DNA of 46,093 nt, taken from positions 1 through 46,093 of the forward strand of contig JBHPGB010000005.1 of assembly GCA_042571085.1 (NCBI GenBank), in the 5' to 3' direction. The number at the start of each line of letters is the position of its first letter. Position 1 is the first letter of the stretch. Position numbers and translations under genes: made by a program. The notes beneath the pieces were generated by a model. It ran no database searches. It was not told the DNA's origin and saw only the letters and a program-made list of their open reading frames with translations. The DNA is from Patescibacteria group bacterium (GTDB taxonomy: Bacteria > Patescibacteriota > Minisyncoccia > Phycocordibacterales > JBHPGB01). Positions 27,504-36,474 of the stretch are shown here, piece after piece.

Positions 27504-27541
27504 TACTCTAATGCATTGCAGTACTCCAATGCATTAGAGTA
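27504..27541. promoter_or_regulatory. Tandem palindromic operator array, downstream
   Basis: TACTCTAATGCATTGCAGTA overlapping TACTCCAATGCATTAGAGTA. Confidence 0.75.
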
Positions 27542-27705
27542 ATTTTGGTTTATGACTCTTGTTGTTTGTTTTTGTTTTATTTTTTGTTTGAATTTGAATA
27601 AAAAAATCCCAGTCCTGCAATAAGCTGGACTGGGTATTTTCAAGATAGTAGAGAATATAAAAACAGCCCCGCGGGTGGCGGGGCCAGGATTCCAAATAAT
27701 AGGAA

Positions 27706-28164
27706 TTATTTATAAATACTTGGTTGAGCGGTAATGTCAGCAACATATGCCGATAATTCGTTTCCAGCATCAATAAATTCTAAATCACCAAACAAATCAG
27801 AAAGTGTTATTTTTATAGTTTCAGTTAGTTTTGCGTAGTAAACTGGATTTCCTTGTACTGTTATTGCATTACTTGTTACCCACAGACGATCTAAACCTTC
27901 TGCAAACATAAGCAAGTGCACAAGCTTAATAAGGGTTTCGTCGCACCCCCAGATGTTTGCCCTCTGTTCATCACCAGGGTCCAAACCCCACCATCCACCA
28001 GACTCCTCATTATCACCAAAAAGATACGCATTGGTATGATTATAAACACAACCATAGACTTCAACACTCATTGGTATATATAATTTATGATCAACAATAT
28101 GAAACATTAATTGTTCAGGGTTCTGAGAAAGGGCACCATGAAACACCAGTGGTTTTAAATTCAT
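27706..28164 (-). CDS. Orphan protein with weak Nfu/NifU N-terminal-like C-terminus
   Basis: GGAGGAG SD before ATG at 28164; LMFAEGLDRLWVTSNAITV resembles the Nfu_N pattern. Confidence 0.55.
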   Translation of the reverse strand: MNLKPLVFHGALSQNPEQLMFHIVDHKLYIPMSVEVYGCVYNHTNAYLFGDNEESGGWWGLDPGDEQRANIWGCDETLIKLVHLLMFAEGLDRLWVTSNAITVQGNPVYYAKLTETIKITLSDLFGDLEFIDAGNELSAYVADITAQPSIYK

Positions 28165-28379
28165 TTTCTCCTCCGTATTGTATAAAGCGAGCAACTAAAT
28201 GGTTTTTCATTTGTTCCGAAAATATTCTGTCACAAAACACACCGGTTTGTCAAGTACAAAGATTTTGATATAGTTAGTCCAGAATTATAAAACTATTATC
28301 AATCGACCAGTCTTCAGACACACAGCATTGAAGCAAGTTTCAATACTGAAGTTTGGAGGTTGGTGTAAAAACAACTAAT

Positions 28380-30566
28380 ATGAAAATAAAAGAATTTTCT
28401 ATGGAATTGGGAGGGGAGACTCTTACTGCTCAATTTACAGACCTTGTTGACCAAGCAAATAGCTCGGTCATTATGAAACACGGTGATACAACCGTACTCG
28501 CAACCGCGGTTATGAGTCCACACAAAAGAGAAGGGCAGGACTGGTTCCCACTCACTGTAGACTATGAAGAAAAGTTTTACGCAGCCGGAGAAATTCTCGG
28601 TAGCCGATACATGCGCCGAGAAGGACGTCCGTCCGAAGAAGCAATTTTGTCTGGTAGAGTAGTGGATCGTACTATTCGTCCATTGTTCAACCAAGCAATG
28701 CGTAATGAAGTACAAGTAACAATTACTGTACTTTCTCTTGGGAAATATGACCCGGATGTACTCGCAGTAAATGCAGCATCACTGGCTCTCGCCACTTCAG
28801 ACATTCCTTGGAATGGACCAGTTTCATGTGTACGTGTAAATGATGTTGATGGAAGCCTCAAAGTAAACTCAACATATGAAGACCGCAAAGATGCGCCTCT
28901 TTCTATGATTGTTTCTGGTAAAGATGGAAAAATAAACATGATTGAAACTGGAGCAAATCAAGTCGTTGAAGACAAGATTAGCGAAGCTTTTGACTTTGCA
29001 ATAACAGACATTGAAAAAATTCAAGAGTTCCAAAAAAAGGTGGTTAGCGAAATCGGAAAAGAAAAAGCTGTGGTTGAAATAGATGAGGTAACAGAAGAAG
29101 CTAAAAAACTTTTCACTGAAAACATTGAATCAAAAATGGATGAGTTTGTTTTCTCTGGGGCAGGTAAAAAAGGAATTGGAGAATTACGAAATGAGTGGCT
29201 CGCACTTCTAAAAGAAAGCTTACCGGAAGAGAACACGTCAGTTGCATCAGAATATTACGAGAGCCAAGTTGACGAGCTTCTACACAAAGAAGCAATCGCT
29301 AACGAGAAAAGAGCTGACGGACGCAAGATGAATGAAGTCCGTGATCTGTATACACAAGCTGGTGGCGTTTCACCTGTACTACATGGTTCTGGAATCTTTT
29401 ATCGAGGAGGAACTCATGTATTGTCTGTATTGACACTCGGTGGACCACGCGACGCTTTATTTATTGACGGTATGGAAGCTCAGACAGAGAAGCGCTTTAT
29501 GCACCACTACAATTTCCCACCATACTCTGTTGGTGAAACGGGACGCATGGGTGGATTTAATCGCCGCATGATCGGACATGGGGCACTTGCAGAAAAAGCA
29601 TTGTCATACGTTATTCCTGAAAAAGAAGACTTCCCTTACACAATAAGAATCGTATCTGAATCAATGGCATCAAATGGATCTACTTCAATGGCTAGTATTT
29701 GCGGTTCAACCCTTGCGCTTCTGGATGCTGGTGTGCCAATAAAAGCACCTGTTGCAGGAATCGCAATGGGGCTCATGATGGAAGGTGATAATACATATAA
29801 AATTCTTACTGATATCCAAGGACCGGAAGATCACCACGGAGACATGGACTTCAAGGTAGCTGGTACAAAAGATGGAGTAACGGCAATTCAAATGGATATT
29901 AAAGTTGGATCTATTCCAGTCACCGTTTTGAAAGAAGCATTGGTACAAGCTCGCGAAGCACGACTACAAATTCTTGAAAAAATCCAAGAGGCAATCCCAG
30001 AAACACGAAAAGATATTTCATCAAATGCTCCTAAAATCTTAACAATGAAAATTCTTGAAGACCAGATTGGAAAAGTTATCGGACCAGGAGGAAAGGTTAT
30101 AAACAAAATTAAAGATGATACTGGTGTGACAGAAATTCAAATTGAAGATGATGGAACCGTATTCATAACAGGAAAGGAAGGAAGTGCTGAAAAAGCTCAG
30201 CAAGATATTTATGACATGACTCGGGAATACAAAGCTGGCGAAAAATTTGATGGAACCGTTATAAAAGTATTTGATTTTGGAGCACTTGTAAAAATAAATG
30301 AATTCACAGACGGGTTGGTACATGTTTCTGAGCTTGCGCCATTCCGCATTGCAAATGTTTCTGATGTTGTGAAAGAAGGAGATGTGATTCCTATTGTCGT
30401 TAAAGAAACAGATGATCGCGGTAAGATGCGTTTCTCACTGAAGGATGCTGATCCTGAATATGCGAAACGTAAAGGCGTGGAACCAAGCACAGCACCACCG
30501 CCACCGCCACGCAGCGGAGGTCATGGTAGAGGACCTGGTGGAAGAAGTCATTCACCCAGAAGGTAA
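28380..30566 (+). CDS. pnp: Polyribonucleotide nucleotidyltransferase (PNPase)
   Basis: FPLTVDYEEK, RREGRP, FMHHYNFPPYSVGE, SNGSTSMAS, GDMDFKVAGT, KH and S1 domains; ATG at 28380. Confidence 0.98.
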   Translation: MKIKEFSMELGGETLTAQFTDLVDQANSSVIMKHGDTTVLATAVMSPHKREGQDWFPLTVDYEEKFYAAGEILGSRYMRREGRPSEEAILSGRVVDRTIRPLFNQAMRNEVQVTITVLSLGKYDPDVLAVNAASLALATSDIPWNGPVSCVRVNDVDGSLKVNSTYEDRKDAPLSMIVSGKDGKINMIETGANQVVEDKISEAFDFAITDIEKIQEFQKKVVSEIGKEKAVVEIDEVTEEAKKLFTENIESKMDEFVFSGAGKKGIGELRNEWLALLKESLPEENTSVASEYYESQVDELLHKEAIANEKRADGRKMNEVRDLYTQAGGVSPVLHGSGIFYRGGTHVLSVLTLGGPRDALFIDGMEAQTEKRFMHHYNFPPYSVGETGRMGGFNRRMIGHGALAEKALSYVIPEKEDFPYTIRIVSESMASNGSTSMASICGSTLALLDAGVPIKAPVAGIAMGLMMEGDNTYKILTDIQGPEDHHGDMDFKVAGTKDGVTAIQMDIKVGSIPVTVLKEALVQAREARLQILEKIQEAIPETRKDISSNAPKILTMKILEDQIGKVIGPGGKVINKIKDDTGVTEIQIEDDGTVFITGKEGSAEKAQQDIYDMTREYKAGEKFDGTVIKVFDFGALVKINEFTDGLVHVSELAPFRIANVSDVVKEGDVIPIVVKETDDRGKMRFSLKDADPEYAKRKGVEPSTAPPPPPRSGGHGRGPGGRSHSPRR

Positions 30567-30663
30567 GTTCAAGAAAAATAGCGCGCTGCCACAGGCACGC
30601 GCTATTTTTTATATTCGCATGTAATTCACAATTTGAATTACATGCGAATAGTATTTTGCTATA

Positions 30664-32322
30664 ATGTTTTTAATGAATAAAGATCTTTCTTCTAGTGATA
30701 ATTCTTCTGTTGGACAAAGTGCAGGTGTACCCGAAGACAAACAAGCAGAAGTAAAACAAAACGTTCCTCAACAAAACTCGGATGCGTCTGGTGTTGTTTT
30801 TGATGTACCATACCAAGAAGATGATCATAAGCAAGCTGCTCCACCACAAAATTTACCAACACAAGAAAATGAAAAAAGTGCGGAAGAAGAGTCTGGTAAA
30901 ACCATAGAAATACCTGACACAGGCGTTGCAACAAAAAAGGTTGAACAAGAACTAGCGCCTGAAAAACCTGCGCCTATAATAAAACCTGAGGAAAAAACAC
31001 GGGTAGCACCTGAGCAAAAAAAACCTGAAGAACAAAGCCTGGAGGAACAGTTTGAAGCAGCAGCTCCAACACAAGCGCAAGAGCAAAAAGGAGTGCCTGA
31101 AATCAAACCCGAGGAACCAAGCTTGGAAGAACAGCTTGACGCGACGACTCCAGCCGAAACAACAAAAGAAATCCCAGAAACAAAACCTGTCCCAGAAAAA
31201 CCTGCACACGTAATGAAAGAGGTTCCTGCAATGAAAGCAGAAAAGATTCCATTGGCAGGACAAGAGGTAAAACAAACACCGGGCGAAAGAATATTGTCAC
31301 ACAGAGATACGATAAAGGTCCCAGTAGCAAAAAAAACAATTCCGGGCGATCCTCTTTTTGCTGCAAAAGTATTAGAACAACAGAAAACTCCAGTAATACG
31401 ATCTGATCAACCAACAACACCAACAGTTGAAAGAAAACCACTAACACCGGGGGCACAAAAAGCACCAGTGGTACGAACATACAAAAGTGATGTTGCTGCG
31501 GCACTCAAAAAAGGAAAGACCTCCATGACCGATCTTGTTATGGCTGAACAAAAGAAAAGAGGTGTGCAAACAGAGGGAAAAGCGAAATCTAAAAAAAATA
31601 TTTCTGTAATTATTTTGAGTATTGTACTTATCATTGCTGGAGCGTCTGCTCTTGCGTGGGTTGGTGGTTATAAATTTAGATTACAAACAACTCCTTCAGG
31701 AGGCACTTCAATAAACATACCTTCTCTGATATTCACAGAAGTAAAAGGGGAGATAAACATAACAGAAATGGCCGACGAGGCTGTCAGAGAGGCTATACAA
31801 AATGAAATAATTTCAACAAACATACGACTAGACTCAATAAAAAATGTCTTCTTCACAGAAGATGCAATCATACAGACACAAGAGGGAATGCAAGAATATA
31901 AATCAGTCGTAGAAACAAGTCCTTTCTTCGAAGCGGCAGACATCTCTTTACCAGGACGGCTTGACCGTTCGCTTGATGATGAGTTTATGTTTGGCATACA
32001 CATGTTCAACGGAAACCAGCCATTCGTAATACTAAAAACATCTTATTTCGAAAATGCATTTTCTGGCATGCTTGAATGGGAACCAACTATGGCAGAGGAT
32101 ATTTTGCCAATATTTGCATATACAGGTACTACGACCATATACAAAACACCCTTCCAAGACGAGGTGATAAAAAACAGGGATTTGCGTGTACTGAAAAATG
32201 GTGCAGGTAAAAATGAGCTGCTTTACATGTTTCTTGATAAAGAAACAGCTATAATCACTACAAACCTAAGCACATTAGATGAGGTAATTCTGCGAATCAA
32301 TAAGCGAAAAGCGAAAGAATAG
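30664..32322 (+). CDS. Membrane-anchored hypothetical protein with long P/E/K-rich disordered N-terminus
   Basis: Internal repeat KPEE.SLEEQ; RTYKSD motif; central TM; C-terminal AFSGMLEWE, FQDEVIKNRDLR. Confidence 0.85.
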   Translation: MFLMNKDLSSSDNSSVGQSAGVPEDKQAEVKQNVPQQNSDASGVVFDVPYQEDDHKQAAPPQNLPTQENEKSAEEESGKTIEIPDTGVATKKVEQELAPEKPAPIIKPEEKTRVAPEQKKPEEQSLEEQFEAAAPTQAQEQKGVPEIKPEEPSLEEQLDATTPAETTKEIPETKPVPEKPAHVMKEVPAMKAEKIPLAGQEVKQTPGERILSHRDTIKVPVAKKTIPGDPLFAAKVLEQQKTPVIRSDQPTTPTVERKPLTPGAQKAPVVRTYKSDVAAALKKGKTSMTDLVMAEQKKRGVQTEGKAKSKKNISVIILSIVLIIAGASALAWVGGYKFRLQTTPSGGTSINIPSLIFTEVKGEINITEMADEAVREAIQNEIISTNIRLDSIKNVFFTEDAIIQTQEGMQEYKSVVETSPFFEAADISLPGRLDRSLDDEFMFGIHMFNGNQPFVILKTSYFENAFSGMLEWEPTMAEDILPIFAYTGTTTIYKTPFQDEVIKNRDLRVLKNGAGKNELLYMFLDKETAIITTNLSTLDEVILRINKRKAKE

Positions 32323-32378
32323 GTGAAGACCTTTTCTTTTGCTTTTTGAGGTAGATTCTGCTAATATTCAAATTATGA

Positions 32379-32496
32379 ATCCCGTTAGAGATCTGGACTG
32401 TCTTTTATGGTAATGCGAACAAAAGCGAGATTTTAATAAATATTTTAACAAAATGTAACTAGATACGGAAATTTTATTTCCTATCTCTAACGGGAT
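32379..32496. mobile_element. MITE-like element at dksA start codon
   Basis: 14-bp perfect terminal IR ATCCCGTTAGAGAT/ATCTCTAACGGGAT; ATGAA on both sides. Confidence 0.82.
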
Positions 32497-32866
32497 GAAA
32501 AACATAGATCACTACAAACAACTTCTTGAAGAAGAAAAAGCGAAGTTAGAGGCAGAGCTTGGCAGCGTTGGGCGTGTAAACCCAGACAACCCAAATGACT
32601 GGGAATCAACACCAGAAGCAGGCGACACTAACGCAGATGCTGATAAAAACGTTCAAGCAGACGCGCGCGAAGAATTTGAAGCACGCAATGCGGTAGAAGT
32701 AACACTTGAAAGTCGTCTTATAAATGTGAAAGATGCACTTAAAAGAATTGAAGAGGGAGTATTCGGTAAGTGTGAGATAGACGGGAAAGAGATTGAGGAA
32801 GATCGTTTAGAAGCAAATCCGGCTGCACGGACATGTATAGAACACAAAGACGAAAACCTAGAATAA
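32495..32866 (+). CDS. dksA: DksA/TraR family protein
   Basis: Coiled coil; AL.RIEEG.FGKCEIDG.EI...RLEANP.ARTCIEH. Confidence 0.9.
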   Translation: MKNIDHYKQLLEEEKAKLEAELGSVGRVNPDNPNDWESTPEAGDTNADADKNVQADAREEFEARNAVEVTLESRLINVKDALKRIEEGVFGKCEIDGKEIEEDRLEANPAARTCIEHKDENLE

Positions 32867-32949
32867 AAATCAAATAAAAAATACGGCTCAACCCAGTTGA
32901 GCCGTATTTTTTATATCACTTTTGCAAACAAGTTGGTATACTTAAGCAC

Positions 32950-34518
32950 ATGAAACACTTTTCAAAAGTTTATTCTATTCAAACGACTGGTCTTAATGCG
33001 CATCCCATTAGTATTGAAACAGATATTACAGAAAGTCAACATAAAAATTCATTTAATATTGTCGGCTTGCCCGACAAGGCAGTAGAAGAAGCGCGTGATC
33101 GCGTAAGTGCCGCAATAAAAAACTCGGGATTTAATTCTCCTAAAAAAGGTGGTGGTAAAACCGTTATTTCTCTTGCGCCAGCTGATGTTAAAAAGGAAGG
33201 TCCTTTTTTTGATTTAGGAATGGCACTTGGGTATTTACTAGCAGATAAGCAAATCGCTTTTAATTCTGATAAGAAAATATTCTTGGGAGAGCTTGCTCTT
33301 GACGGGGTAGTGCGTCCAATAAAAGGAATGTTGGTACTTGCTCGCGAAGCACAGAAAAATGGTTTCGAAGAAATATACGTGCCGAAAGAAAATGCTCGTG
33401 AGGCTGCGCTGATAAAAAATATTGATGTATATGCTGTGAGCTCACTTTCTGAATTAGTTGAACATTTAAATATTTCACCAAAACAAAACAAAGGCGCGGA
33501 AAAACAAGATCGTATAAAACTTACGGCTCAAGAAGAAACACCCATTGAACAAGTACGGATCAAAACAAGTATTGATTTTGGTGATGTGCGTGGACAAGAA
33601 AATGCAAAAAGGGGGTTGGAAATTGCTGCGGCCGGGGGACACAATATTGCCATGTATGGCCCACCGGGTACTGGTAAAACAATGCTTGCTCGTGCATTTG
33701 CTGGCATATTACCATCACTTTCGTATGAGGACGTTTTAGAGGTTACTGGTATCCACTCCATAGCCGGAACACTTGAGGAAGACCTGATGACATCAGCACC
33801 ATTTAGGTCACCACATCACACCTCTTCATATGTATCTGTTGTTGGCGGAGGCACGATACCAAAGCCGGGTGAAATCACCCTCGCACATAAGGGGGTACTT
33901 TTTATGGACGAGTTTCCAGAGTTTGAAAAAAGAGTTTTAGAAAGCTTACGACAACCACTTGAAGATAGGGTGATAAACATCTCACGCGTGAAAGGTACGG
34001 AAAGATTTCCAGCAAACTTCATACTGGTTGCAGCTATGAACCCTTGCCCTTGCGGACATTTTGGTTCTGACAAACGCTCATGTACATGCACACAATCTCA
34101 ACTAAACAACTACAAAAGAAAGCTTTCTGGTCCAATCGTAGATCGTATAGATTTGTGGATTAATGTTGGGGCTGTTGACCATGATAAACTTTCTGGCACG
34201 ACGAGTAATGAAAATGAGAGCGAGAAAATTAGAAACAATGTTTGCACAGCTCGCGCGATACAAAATGAGCGACTCAAAACTTGTGATTCGTTCACAAACG
34301 GAGAAATGAGCGCGCGTGAAATAGAGCAGTATGCATTAATAGAAGAAGATGCGACACAAATATTACAAAGCGCAGCAAAAAATATAAACTTATCTCCACG
34401 TGCATATCACAAAATAATTAAAGTAGCTCGCACAATTGCAGATTTGGGCGGCTCACAATCTGTTACAAAAGATCATATTTTAGAAGCGCTTCAGTATAGA
34501 CCAAGAGAGAATCATTAA
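32950..34518 (+). CDS. comM: YifB/ComM family Mg-chelatase-like AAA ATPase
   Basis: IVGLPDKAVEE, GPPGTGKT, PFRSPHH, LFMDEFPEF, AAMNPCPCG, SGPIVDRID. Confidence 0.95.
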   Translation: MKHFSKVYSIQTTGLNAHPISIETDITESQHKNSFNIVGLPDKAVEEARDRVSAAIKNSGFNSPKKGGGKTVISLAPADVKKEGPFFDLGMALGYLLADKQIAFNSDKKIFLGELALDGVVRPIKGMLVLAREAQKNGFEEIYVPKENAREAALIKNIDVYAVSSLSELVEHLNISPKQNKGAEKQDRIKLTAQEETPIEQVRIKTSIDFGDVRGQENAKRGLEIAAAGGHNIAMYGPPGTGKTMLARAFAGILPSLSYEDVLEVTGIHSIAGTLEEDLMTSAPFRSPHHTSSYVSVVGGGTIPKPGEITLAHKGVLFMDEFPEFEKRVLESLRQPLEDRVINISRVKGTERFPANFILVAAMNPCPCGHFGSDKRSCTCTQSQLNNYKRKLSGPIVDRIDLWINVGAVDHDKLSGTTSNENESEKIRNNVCTARAIQNERLKTCDSFTNGEMSAREIEQYALIEEDATQILQSAAKNINLSPRAYHKIIKVARTIADLGGSQSVTKDHILEALQYRPRENH

Positions 34519-34584
34519 TCCTTAATCACTAACAAAAAAACGGCGGCGCACTTACGTGCGCCGCTTTTGAATTTACATTGAGTA

Positions 34585-34773
34585 CTAAGTGGTTACTCTG
34601 AATTCCTTTTTTTCAAAAACACAACCACAATGACTGCATTTCCAATGCTCTACTCCACTACCACCACCCACAAGAGTAGGGAACCAATGGTTACCCTTTT
34701 TACACTCCTTATCTTTTGTATTGTGCATTTTTTCTAAAGCCAATACCAAAAGTTTTTTCTTGCCATGAGTCAC
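34585..34773 (-). CDS. Small putative zinc-ribbon protein (start uncertain, possibly frameshifted)
   Basis: C..GNH...CSHCG motif; the SD-led ATG is in another frame. Confidence 0.45.
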   Translation of the reverse strand: MTHGKKKLLVLALEKMHNTKDKECKKGNHWFPTLVGGGSGVEHWKCSHCGCVFEKKEFRVTT

Positions 34774-34967
34774 CTCGCTAATATGAGCACTTCTGTCTAA
34801 ACACTATCACAGCTATATGAAAAAACAATCGCCGTAAGGCGATTGTTTTTTAGGGTCATTATCTAGGTTTTCGCTTTCGCGAGTTCTACATCAAATAAAT
34901 TTGATGTAGAACTCGCAATACGAATTTTGTTTAACAGCTAAATATTAGCTTCCGTTTTTAAATTCTT

Positions 34968-35063
34968 GAATTTGGATGCAATTCGAGGAGGCAAGGAATA
35001 AAAAAGTGAGCTGTACAAGAGTGCTGTGAACTTTTTTATGACGCTGCCGACAAAGAAGTGCGC
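34968..35063 (-). repeat. ~95-bp dispersed repeat, copy 2
   Basis: Reverse complement matches 10893-10988. Confidence 0.85.
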
Positions 35064-35081
35064 CGAATTCATGGATTTAAA

Positions 35082-36122
35082 TTAGAATGGGTTCTTTGCG
35101 CCCCTTACTTCAAAGTGAACATGATTTCCAGTAGACCTTCCTGTTGATCCAACATAGCCAATAATTTGTCCTTTCACTACGTATTGTCCGGAGCTCACAA
35201 TGTTTCTACTGTTGTGTGAGTATAATGTTTGCGTACCATTTGGGTGTCGTATAACAACATATTTTCCATAACCACCATTCCACCCACTATTCTTACTTAT
35301 GATCACGTCTCCAGATGCTGCAGCAAATATCGGTGTGCCGTATGGAGCAGCTATATCAATTGCGTTATATCCATGCAAATGCTGTGATTTTACACCACCA
35401 CTTATTGGACGAATATAATATCCATGATACGTTGGTGCATTTGTACCACGTACTCGAGTACCAGAGCCGCTGTATACAGGCATGCTCATTTCTCCATCAG
35501 GAATTACAACAATGTCACCAACAGCAAGCTGTGCATCGGCTGACAAGCCATTGTATTCAAGAATTTCTCCCAGATCTCCTTTGTACTTCTTTGTAATACT
35601 TGCCAATGTATCTCCTTTTTCAACAGCATAACGCACGCCCGTAATTGGTAGAATAATCAAAGTCTGTCCAACATTCACAAAGTCTCCACGCTTGATATCG
35701 TTTGCCCAAATAATCGTATTTGTCGTTACTCCAAACATTTTTGCAATCTGTGAAAGAGAGTCTCCTTCACGCACAACATACAAACTGATTTGATCCGAGC
35801 TTTGTTCGTTTTCTTCAATGTCCGCAAGTGTTCCTGATGGTCCAGACTCTGGCAATAGGGCAGTACCAGCCACGATAATAATGTCTCCACCTCCTTTAGC
35901 TGGGTTTGGATCAACATTTAATGCTGCGTGTAGAAGTGTAGCGTTTTGTGAATTGGTTTCTTTTTCTTGTGCAACAACCTTCACTCCCTTATCAAACATG
36001 TCTCCAATAAACGATAAAAATCCCGCATTCACAGAAGACGGGAGACCTAAAACAAAAAATCCAGCCAAAAACGCAAAAGAGAGCTTTTGACCGGAAAGCT
36101 TGAAAAAGTTCATTATGTTCAT
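35082..36122 (-). CDS. LysM x2 + M23 peptidase (cell-wall endopeptidase)
   Basis: YVVREGDSLSQIA and YAVEKGDTL LysM repeats; HGYNAIDIAA, YSH, GRSTGNHVHFEV. Confidence 0.95.
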   Translation of the reverse strand: MNIMNFFKLSGQKLSFAFLAGFFVLGLPSSVNAGFLSFIGDMFDKGVKVVAQEKETNSQNATLLHAALNVDPNPAKGGGDIIIVAGTALLPESGPSGTLADIEENEQSSDQISLYVVREGDSLSQIAKMFGVTTNTIIWANDIKRGDFVNVGQTLIILPITGVRYAVEKGDTLASITKKYKGDLGEILEYNGLSADAQLAVGDIVVIPDGEMSMPVYSGSGTRVRGTNAPTYHGYYIRPISGGVKSQHLHGYNAIDIAAPYGTPIFAAASGDVIISKNSGWNGGYGKYVVIRHPNGTQTLYSHNSRNIVSSGQYVVKGQIIGYVGSTGRSTGNHVHFEVRGAKNPF

Positions 36123-36474
36123 CCGACAGTTAATAGATTTATGAGCTGAGTCGGAATCTTGTTTTTTGAGTAAAATAAGCCTATATTTAGAGGTTAGCAG
36201 ACTCGCGGATTGGCCAGTTTATGGCTCAACAAGGCCGTTTTTGGTCGGTTTGTTGAATATAAACAAGCACGTCTGAAATACTGTGCTTTCTTCCTTATAG
36301 GGGCAAGTATAGCACCGCTCATACCCCTGTCAACGACCTGTGTGGATAAGAAATAAACCTGGGAGAAGGTCAAATTTCGCATAATTTTCACAAAAATATC
36401 ATCGAAAAACTTTCATTTATTTGCTGGATAAATAATTTTTATAGCTTAGTCATGCAATGTGCTATGATATGTGA

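Noticed and set aside
26983-27541. Repeats as a CRISPR array
   Set aside because: No spacers, only two tandem units per side, no cas genes
36125-36300. c-di-AMP riboswitch upstream of the M23 peptidase
   Set aside because: ydaO consensus motifs not found
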